From assembly GCF_000485595.1 (NCBI RefSeq), contig NW_014577079.1:43240-95233 (forward strand): 51,994 nt of DNA. The letters are read 5' to 3'. Of this stretch, positions 1 through 11,200 are shown in pieces (position 1 is the stretch's first letter; each line of letters begins with the position of its first letter). A program made the position numbers and the translations under genes. The notes under the pieces are model-generated. The model saw only the letters and a list, made by a program, of their open reading frames with translations, was not told the origin of the DNA and made no database searches. Source of the stretch: Priapulus caudatus (Eukaryota).

Positions 1-125
1 GGGGGAATGATGGAAGGAGAGCAGGAGGTGGGGGAATGATGGGAGGAGAGCAGGAGGTGGGGGAATGATGGGAGGAGAGCAGGAGGTGGGGGAATGATGG
101 GAGGAGAGCAGGAGGTGGGGGAATG
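1..125 (+). repeat. 29-bp G-rich minisatellite, ~4.3 copies (truncated at the window start)
   Basis: GGGGGAATGATGG(A/G)AGGAGAGCAGGAGGT units at 1, 30, 59, 88, 117. Confidence 0.9.
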
Positions 126-1718
126 GAGAAGATGAGGTGGGAAAGAGGGGAGAAGGTGGAATGAAGTGGAGGAGGACATGGCAATAAGGTTTGTAGAAAG
201 TGAAGGCAGGGGATGACGGCAAGGGACGAACACAAATTCCAAGTAAGATAAGTTTCATATATCTTCCTTCCTGTTCCCTGCATGGTGGCCTGGCCAGGGT
301 TTAAAGTGAACCCCAACCCCACCCGATAGGAAGATATAGTGAGTGGCTTTGTTCTAATAAGGGGTTACCAAATAGAGCTCAATTTTACTCCTTCTTACCC
401 AGCAGGTCAGCTCCTCTCTATTTGCATCACATTTTCTTGTAGATGGCCGGACGATGTCACAGTAAGGGCAAGGGTTTCTGCCGCATGAATCTGCCAATGC
501 CTCCAATGCATGTTTGCTGTGCACCAGGAATACAACCTACTACAGACTCCTGCCATTCACAGTGACTTGCGGAAATTAAACCTACGCTTGCTATTCAGCC
601 AAATTTGTTATAAAACTTGCAAGTCATACCACACCCCCACTGGCACAACGCAGAGCGCGCGGCAGTTAGGTTGTTAGGGGGGAGCTAGCTGCGCAATTTC
701 CCCAAGGTCAAGGGCAAGGGAAACAGCACCTGGAAGCTCAAGGTCTATACTATCTATAGGCCTTGCACACGTATTTCGCCAGCTTTACCAAGACCGTAGC
801 CTAAAGCAAATTCCTTAGCCGGGCGAATTTTGTTAAACTAATTAATTCAAAAAATATATACCATTGTGGCGCCACCCACTGGTAGGCCTAGAATTATTCA
901 AATAGAGTGAATATTGTTATTGTTTCGCATCGAGTAATAGCAGTGATATGCTATAATGAAAGGAAATTATGTTACATGGAATGGGTGAATTGGGGGATAG
1001 AAGGATGAGGCTCAATCAGAGTTGAATTATAATTAATATAATATATATTATAAAACAAAAACGGTTTTTATGAACTGTTGTCAGTGTTGATACACATATT
1101 AATTCCCAATCATATCCCAACATCTGTACGACCAAGCAGTTTACAATCATAATTAACTCTATATAATGATAGATGTTAACAGAAATGTTTTATCATATAA
1201 TGATAATACAATACATTGTTAATATGTCATACCTGTATACGGATTCTTCTATTTCACACCCTAGTCGATGTGCACCACTGACTGGCAGGTTGCAAATGCT
1301 ACCAAACACGTGTGAACATACACAGCACCATAGGTTCAATGTAATATTTCCTGCTCTGCATCTTTTGACGATTTGGCAACACTTAACGCACAGTGATTTG
1401 TCACCATGACTCACCGTTTTCCCACTACACAATAAACTTGCTCTCAACGCGGCCTTCATTGCGCAGTGTACCTACTCAGCAAACAGCACGCTTTTCTGCA
1501 CACAGAAGAACCCTAGTTGGCAATTATAATCATATAAACGTACAATTAAAACATACACAAAGAAAGCAGCTATTTCAGAAGCACGTTTGCTGAGCGCTCA
1601 CCGATTGCACAAGCTAACAGACCGTGCCAGAGGCACACGGTGCAGAGATGTATTGAACCGAATTTCAGTGCGTACCTTATTTATGTATTCAAATTGGCCT
1701 ACGAGTCCTGGGTGTCAT

Positions 1719-1760
1719 CAGGAGCGTATAATGACAAATATTTGTCATTATACGCTCCTG
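1719..1760. mobile_element. 42-bp perfect palindrome with 8-bp direct flanks (micro-TIR/footprint family)
   Basis: CAGGAGCGTATAATGACAAAT/ATTTGTCATTATACGCTCCTG; GGTGTCAT on both sides; near-identical copy at 40517-40558. Confidence 0.75.
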
Positions 1761-2078
1761 GGTGTCATGCATATAAATGCTGTGCAGTTTGAGTAGAGAT
1801 CATAATTGTAGTACGGTAATATTAAACATTCACGTGGCTTAAGAAAGGCACAGAAATGAGATAAAACGCAACAGTTCGAGCGGTGTGTGCAAGTTACGCA
1901 ACTCATACTTACATTGAGAGGAAGCATATAGAAAGTCAATAAAATAAGCAATGGGCAGCTCAGACGAATCAATAGCACTCCACCATTCAACACACACGCA
2001 TGTTTTCAAGCTTACTTGTATTAGTGCACAGAGTGTATGATCATGGCACAGAAAGATATTTAGCAGCGTACAGAAATG

Positions 2079-2228
2079 CTACTCCAGATACATAAATGCA
2101 ATATCATAGAAGTCTTGTCCATCCTCCTTCGTAGTTATTTTGTGGTTGACGTGTTTAATGAAGCGCAAAGTCTGCTTATCACAATAGACTAGTGCCAAGG
2201 AGTTTTCTTCCGGGTTGACAGTCATGAG
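2079..2228 (-). CDS. OGFOD1: OGFOD1 terminal exon 14 ([15 protein letters not shown]...FMYLE*)
   Basis: 50 codons ending in TAG at 2079-2081; matches the family C-terminus. Confidence 0.93.
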   Translation of the reverse strand, partial: LMTVNPEENSLALVYCDKQTLRFIKHVNHKITTKEDGQDFYDIAFMYLE

Positions 2229-5200
2229 CTGTATAAAGATGAAAAATACATCTTATATACTATGACAAGTTGAGATAGGTGGGGCAGTCCCATCAGTTTT
2301 AAACATACTGCTAGGGGAAGGTTTTACTGCATAATAGCACTCATTATGAACATTAGAGATGATGTCGCAGTTTTTCAGTTAAAAACTCAAAAGCTAAAAG
2401 CGATGGGGATTTGACTTAAATTACTTCTTCATCTTCGTCTTTTGCAATGTATGACGTAAATCCACCAAACTCCTGCTTCCACCCTATAAAGTAAATTGCA
2501 TACATCGTCATTATTAGAGTGACATCTGTATCATGAAATCAAACAGCTCTAATATTCATGTCCTGATCAAGATTTTTGTTTTGTTAGATTCCCTAAACAA
2601 ATATAATTGACGAAAAACTAAAATCGACCTGTTTAAAAAACAACCAGGTCAAAGTATTTTTTTCATTCATACAACATAGGAAACGGGTCAGAATCCTATA
2701 TAATACCGTATGTGTGCGTGTCTACATCTTACCATCACATTTACAGAAAAAGAATGCATCCAGTGCAAAGTCGGCGTTTTCAGCTTCTGTATCCGTAAGC
2801 ATTGTGTAGGAACCTTGTTGCCAATGCCTCAACTCTCCAAAGCATCGAGGACGAGACTCTGTTTTGTCTGTAATAAAATTACAATAAAAGTCCAACACAC
2901 ATTTCCATGCGTACATCCGTAACTGGCTGCACAAGTCCTTGAATTGATCTTTAATCCATTTTATAACCAACAGAAGGACCCTTATTGCCTTAGGTATCGC
3001 TTCGAACAAAGGATATTTTATTATGTAACAACCTTTTACAGCCTTTTCCTTCTCTTCATCCCTGCCACTGAGAAATGGAAAAAACAAAAAGAATTAAATA
3101 AATACGTTAAAAACCCGCGTATAAGAACCTGTATTTTTCCAAGTTAGCCTAAAAAGGCTCTTATATAATTGGTGTTTACTGGGAAATTAGGCTATTTAGG
3201 TTCTTAAATAGGTTCTTATTTTCTTAAGAAAAAGGTGCTTGTTGCTAGTAGAATATTGGTGCAGTCCAATATTTATAATAAATATGCATATAATTATGTC
3301 TAAATGACTGCAATCTAGACAAATACAAACCCTATTCTACGTTATCTTATTTATTTTTATGCCTTTTATACTTAATAAAGGTATATAGACCAACAAGATC
3401 TTGTTTTAGTTGATTTATGAATTTTAAAGTGTTAACTGAATTTGATCAAATAAGAACCTATTTAAAATTTTAGGCTAAAACAGGTTCTTATGTCAAGCAG
3501 TCAAGGGGGTCTAAATGGAAAATCTTAGCCTAACAGGTTCTTAATCACTAGGTTCTTATATGTGGGTTTTTACTCGATTATGTATAGACATCCCTGTCTT
3601 ATTCTTTCTCTCTTGTCATATATACTGCTGCTATACTGCTGCTATAGAGCACTTTCTGAACAAATAAAGTTGATTAAATAAATTATATGCAGCAATTTTT
3701 TAACATACTATCAAATTCATTTACACAAATTATCAGTGTGTCTGTCAGTTATTCTAGTTCCGATCTCACGCCCACATAAACAATAATGATGATAACGTAG
3801 TGGTACTGATGTACTTCTACCCAAAACTACACATTTTATCACAACATCAATTAAATCTATTACCTGCCACCATCACTGTCATCATCACTGTTGGGGCATA
3901 GTTCGTGCAGAGACAAACCAGTCAGGTTACTCAGCGTAACAAACATAGCATCCGAGCGGAACAGCTGCAGGCACTGTCGCACAACTTCTGGCACACTACT
4001 CTCATCTGCCGACTCATAGTTCCTGTTGAAAGACATTAGGTACACTTAATACACAGTGAACATATCTATACGCATGTATCTATAAAGTAGTGATATGATA
4101 CAGATATGTTTATGATAACAATAATAGCAACTTATACTTACAAAATATAATTTAAAAAAAACTTGGATGCAACACAGAGCATACTAAATACTTTGAGAAA
4201 TGAGTTCAATGAGGATAATATCTAACAGTGAGATCCAACATATGTAGATGGTGAATGGATATTTATTTAGGATGCCTTTCCACCTATCACACGTATATAG
4301 ACAATGCTAATATGTATATGCAATATGATTAAATGTTAATTAAAAACTCTAGTGTTAATGATTTTTTTGGTCAGAGTTTGTGTTCTGGTACAAACTTTGT
4401 GGAAAGCCACCTATGAAATCCATGCATAAACTATTGTGTTATTATGTGTCCATTAACATGTGTGAAACTGAAGCAATACAAACAAATTAAATCAGTATAC
4501 CTTATATTTGCTGGGCCTCTTCTCTCCCAAGTTAACTCACTGCTTTGTATGGCAGTCAACAGCTCTTGGTATTTTTCATCCTTAGAAATATATAAAATAT
4601 TGAATATTCTAGTTTATTTAGTTTTCATTTTTAGCCTTCTATCTATTAAAGAATTATGGGTTGGTTATAATAACAGCATTGCTTGCATTCACACCTTAAA
4701 ATCACACAAACAGAGTAATCATACTCACTTTAAAAAATCTTGGAAGTTCAATCTCAGAGTCTGACTCAAAGGTTTCTCTCACTCGTAGCTGCGTTTCCAT
4801 GTCCAGGTAATCTGGATTTAGCCAGTCATGTAATACATCCACCTAGTTGGATATGGAGATGATTATGAAGAAGGGCAACAATTTACCAACTAGAAACATT
4901 AGCTAGTTTTAGATATTCGTTATCTTCAAGTGCATGCATGCACGCTTATGTATTAAGGTGACACGTTAAATGTGTGGTTATAGAGATATAACCATGCTGT
5001 AATTCGGCTAATAAATATATATTCAATGTACCTACTTTCTACTTACATCCAATGAGATGTACGGGGCAAGTGATAGTGCCGGCTCAGTGTACTGTTCTGG
5101 TCGATCGATATTAGGCCCGTGAAACCAACCATTTACTGACAACCTGGTTTTATCCTCTGACAGCACCTCTGCAACCTACAATGGAGTAATGCAAAAATAT

Positions 5201-8200
5201 TGTGATACTTACTTAGTGTGATACTTAGTGTGATACTTAGTGTGAAATTTACTTTGCTTTCTCCACTGAACGAAATGATAGCTAGTACTGGTAAGTATTA
5301 CTACTATTCTGACTATGCAACACACTACCTTCTACTAACAGCAGTTATATTTTGGGCTGCCAGTTTCAGACAATTTAACAAGAGCCGCAGAGCGTCTGGG
5401 CTCATCTGAGGTCTGTTGCTACGATTATAAACGTAAAATTTCAGTCGTGCGTAGTACCACATTTGTTAGGCGCAGATATGCAGACACGCAGTTGCGTACA
5501 CATCATTGTTAGGACACGCCCACTATCGCAGATGGAGGGTAGGGGGAGGGTGGAATCAATTCTAAGTTAGGCGATTTGTGACCTATCCTGAAAATTTTAT
5601 GACAATCCGTCCATAACTTTTTCAGGCTGTACACAAACAAACCCACAAACCCACAAACCAACAAACACACGCCGGTTGGCATTTCTCGTGAGTGGGAGTC
5701 ATACAGTGAAACTACCTAGAAGTCCTAGATCATGGTCAGTTGTATCTACTGTACAGAACATTTTTTTGAGGGAGGGTCTCTCTTACCTGGTGGTTATACA
5801 GCGAAACTATCTCTATGAAATTTTAGTTGTCTTTTTAATAGAACATTTTTGCAGGTTCCCATAGATGGTAGTTATATAGTGAAATCACCTCTATAAAACT
5901 TAAACCTGTTTATCATATTTTACGATGGGAGCTATAAGTTTTATGGGTAAAATTATTAGCTTGCTCTAGGGGGCTTTAGCCTTTAGTCGGAATGGATAAC
6001 GCAACCGGGTATAAATAGCTGACGATGAAACGTTTTCTTTTCCAATCCTTTCATCGAAAAAGTGCAAGTCATATTCCTATATCCGGCAGCAGTGCCGGCT
6101 GTTTGCACCGTACACGTGCCTACAGCCCGGCGCACACGTAAACGTGAGTTATTTTATTCACGTGTGCGGCGGATTTTCGTTGAGTAATTTGACGCATGCG
6201 TCATTTTACTCACGTGTGCGGCGGATTNNNNNNNNNNNNNNNNNNNNNNNNNNNNNNNNNNNNNNNNNNNNNNNNNNNNNNGACGCTCGCACGGACGGAC
6301 GGACGCTCGCACGGACGGACGGACGATCATGCGATTCTACAAGCTGCATCTGACTATGTCAGATGAGCTAAAAATCATGATTTTAATGTGAATAAAAATT
6401 TGGTACATCCAACATGGATTTTCTGACTGATGTTTCTGTTTCTCCATGATTTTATATCTACAACAAAAATCTAATTAACATGTCTCCTCTTTCAAGAAGT
6501 AACATAACCACGACATCAAAACTCCTCATGCTGACACTATATTCCGAATATATATTGTAAGTAATAACATCTATGCTGCAAGTGCACTGTAGCATAAGAA
6601 TTAACATAATTAAATAAGGTTACCTGATGAAAAGATACAGGACTGACTTCAAAGAAGACCAATGTGTTCCAGCTTGGTACTAGTGATTTGACAACCTTAT
6701 CTGGTCTTTTGAGTTCTAGGAAAAATAAAAATTAGTATATCTTTCATAACTAGAACTTTAATTGTATTCAATTTCAGCACCCGCCTATGAAGATAATTCA
6801 TGATTGATACTCTGAAAGAATGATAAAATTTACCAACCAAGTGTACACGGCTGCGTGTATACTTTTATTTAATTATGCATGTATATGTCATTAGTCTGAA
6901 GGAAACACCAAATATAAATATGTAAAAATTGAATGTTTTAAGTGCTATAAGAAACTCATAATGAAAGTCATTTTCATGCACCCACCATCAACAGCAAATA
7001 AATCAAGACAGCCTCCGTCTGCTTCTGTCCAGGGTGGAACGAGGTACAGTATGTACGCTATTCTTCTACCTTCCAATTTATCATCATGACATAGCAGCAC
7101 ATCTGCAACATCAAACTTTTAATTATGTGCATCAGCAAACCTGCAATTATGCATTCGAAGTAAATTATTAAGAGGAGATTAACATTAACCCATATTATAT
7201 CACACGTGACAAGTACCACTTTTCACTAGTAACGCATCTATAAGGTACATTCCTATATGGAATATACAGGGTTTAAACTTTAGCAATCACATGCAAGCTA
7301 AATGCAGCCACTGGTTTCTTCTAGAGCAGCAATAAATTGCTCACATTACCAGGTAACCAATGCAACTTAATTAGTATAAAATGTTTATAATTGCGTGCGT
7401 GCGTGCGTGCGTGTGTTGACTATTTGCCACATAAAAATGGAACACAGCTGTGGACCTATGTTTGTGAAGAATTATTTGTAGTGAGCAATAATCAATGAAC
7501 AGTTCTTTCACCCACTCTGTGTTCATGTCCAAAAGATGCAAGGCAATTACCTGTGGAGTCATATCTTGATGAATTCATGTCCACTGTTTGATTCAGTGGA
7601 ATTCCAGTTACATTTATCAACCAGTTTCTGAAGTCTTCATACAACAGCTGTCTGGAAAATTTAAATATATAGAAATTTACTTATAAGATTAGAGATTATT
7701 GACATTTGTTTAAAATATGTAAACAATATACCTTACTTGTAAGCAATGCAAAAGAAACATACATGAAATGCATACATGAAATGTAATATATATGCATACT
7801 ACATTATAATACATAAAATGTATATAGTATTGTACAAATAAGGTGGGAGATGATTGCCAATTGTTCACAAAGGGTAAACCCATTATAAAACAGTAAACAG
7901 TAGTGTAAGTTTACTTGAACGTTGCATTTCTACTTGTTTAACGTTTATTTTATAAACAAGTTATGGCAGAATAAGTATATGTAATAGATACAAGCCATCT
8001 TACTTAAGTGCATCTATATGTGGTTTACTGCACTCCTTTAGGTCAGCTGTCTGTAATAGAACAAATATATAAACATGCATAAATCCAATAAAATGCATGT
8101 AAAATTATTATTTTTATAAGTATAAGTTATATTAGATTTAACAAAAAGAATTAGTTAGTTTAAATATATGAAGACATTAAAATATTATATGTGCTGATAC

Positions 8201-11200
8201 AAATTTTTTTAAATATTTCCAGCATGTATATATATTGAATTGAAAGTAAATCATAAACAGAACACTTGAATCATTTAAATAAAATGATGACCTCACAACT
8301 CGGCAGGTCTCTGGCACAGCAGCCAAGAATTTGGTAGCCTGACATAAGATTCACACATCTGGTAATCACCAATGATTTAATTAGTCCTAGGTTATAGATA
8401 ATTATAAATTAAAATGTTTTATTATCTTGTATAAGAGCAGATAAAAGATGCACTCGATCGTACTGTATATATATATATATCTGCAGTATGAGTGCATGTG
8501 TTATCTGCTGTTATATATATATAATAATAATATATATATTTTTACCTGTGATATCACTATAACAATCATTGCTTTTTAGATGGATACCCTGATACAAGGA
8601 GTTCATCTTCACATTTCCAAAAAGGTATCCGAGTCAATGAATTGAACAAAACACAGCAAGGAAATGTATTGCAGATAGGTGGCTGCTCCGACATCTGGAA
8701 AACAGAACAATACCTTAACATACCTAACTATACATTAAATAATAGATACATTCCTTTGTAAATTATATAACCACATCACAAGCTCTCACATTTAACGTAT
8801 ACTCTCAGGTCCACTTCTCGAGTTTGTACCAGCCACCCGCCACCACACTATAGGACAAGATTGATACAATCCTACTGTACAACACCATTCAGTCTATTAT
8901 CTAGCCTAGCTCTTAGTACTAAGCCCCGTTCCTTAACTGCCGCAGCGACTGCGGTCCGTAAGCTGCGGGGTGGGGGCTGCTGCCGTAGCCTGCGGCCTGT
9001 TAATGAACGTGGGATATAGTATAGAGCTAACTATCTACCATAACTCTGACACACACGGCTCAATAAAACAACAGTTTTTACAGGTGTGGTCAGCTGGAAC
9101 TTCTATATAATTGAGCACCTATTAGTAAATGTCAATCTTAAAATGGATCAACCTCGCAACACAAGACTAATAGACCTCAAGGGGTTACTCTTGAGGGACA
9201 ATTAGACACACAGAGGTAATGGCCAGATTTGGGCCGAAAAAAAACGGCGCATGATGAATTCAATAGCACTGCAGTAGGCACGAATGTGGTTTCTCAGCAG
9301 GCAGACGCGGGGGGGGAAGTAGAGGGGTTCTGGTCCCCCCACAAAATTAAAATATAAATCGTCTTAAGACAGACGCATTGAGCACGCCGAAAATAAACTT
9401 TCACCCTTAGTAACATCTTACTACCTGTTAGGCAGACCTACCCTTTAGCTAGCTTAACGCATCGTGGAGACTCACGCATGACTGGACCCATATCTCACCG
9501 CAGACTATGAAACAATCCGCACTCCCTACCATTCTCACGCATTCACTTGCAAAAGAAACAAGTGCCGCGAGCAACCGAGCTCATCTATACGTCTACTGCT
9601 GTGACTCTGTGGTGGATGGGGTTCTAAGTAAACACCAGTTAGTTCCAAATTGTTCACAAGATACATGCCGAAACAGTGGAATGCACAGGGAGATCAGGAA
9701 CATTCTCAAGGAATGTTCGTTGGGATCCAGTTATGAAGTGCCGACGAGATCGCGCGTACTTGAAGTTCTTACAGATTAAAGAGGAACTCCCATGTACGTA
9801 GTATAACCTGCTGTATGATACAGGCGTATTCTTCGCTTCACAACTACACTATCTACCGGCCGTACCGCCAGCATCAAGCCTGGCGTTCGCGAGCCTCGTT
9901 ATCGCTCAGCGCAACTGAAAAACTGAGAATCATGACGTCAGCAAAAAGCCTGCTCGCTGATATGCTGATTGCAACCGTACCAAGCTCCTGATTGGCGCAA
10001 CGATTCGTGTTTCGCTGCATGCGGGCTGAAATGCAAGTGGTACAGTCGTGAAGTGTAGTGAGCGAACGCGAACCGCCTTTATCATACAGGTTAACGCCAG
10101 TAGCAACAAACATTTGCAAGACAGAATAAGGAAAGCACTCAATCCATCTTACACTACGCAAGCAGCAGCTGCCCGTTAGTTCTTATAATGTAAAAAAATG
10201 CAAACAAAATTTACAAAATTTACAATAGAAAATTCGTGACGTATAACGTAATAAATTTCATATTTAAGCACTAACCTGGCTTACTCTTTCCCACAAATCG
10301 CAAGCATTCTTGAAGTGTTCTGAACTCTCCATTTTTGTAAACTGAAGACAAATGTCCTAAGCGACATCGTCTTATTTGATAGATGCCTCTGAAGAAGTGC
10401 CCGCATTATACGCCGGACCGTTTTATCTCTGTTGCCACACAATCCTCCTACGAATGAGCATTCTTCAATTGTCCTTATTGTCACATGTAACTGAACGCTT
10501 GTCCTAAACATTTGAATTACATGATAACGAAAATGAACGATGACGTCATACAACTTACAATAAAAAACATACACACGCATTTCAACAAAAACTGGAACCC
10601 AGTTACTGAACAAAAATAATATAATAAGTAATACCGCAAGCCATCACCGGAAAACATGACCAGAACCGACAACCGCATGCTCGAATCTTCTAGATTTGAC
10701 CAGTACTGTCCCTTCTCACGTTCATAGCTTAATCGAGCTTGGTGAGAAGGACGGTACCAGTCAAGCTTCTACTGTCCACTCACAAATTGTTATGGTTTGA
10801 TGAAAATAGCAGAGCATTATATAGCCAAATTACTGCTAGCTTATACGCTGTGTTAATGCATCTAATAATACTAATAGATCATGAACTATTATAAAGCAAC
10901 ATACAACCAATGAAAAACTTATCTACACGTGAAGTCGCAAAAAGCGTTGGAGCTTAGATAGCCCATGGTCGTGTTACATCAACGAACGCAACAACTCAGT
11001 ACTATCGCATCAAAGAAACTATGGCCAGTGTATACCTCATTTACGTACATTCATCTGTCGTTAATCGTCTAATTTCTCTCAACTAACAAATCAATCAGGA
11101 TGTACAGAAAAGAAANNNNNNNNNNNNNNNNNNNNNNNNNAGGGGTTTTTCACGGATTTTTCGGTGAGTTTGACGGTTTGGCAGGTTTTTTTCAGCTAGG

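Noticed and set aside
2290..2350. C/D snoRNA-like boxes in the last OGFOD1 intron
   Set aside because: The C box is degenerate, with no terminal stem or recognisable rRNA antisense element.
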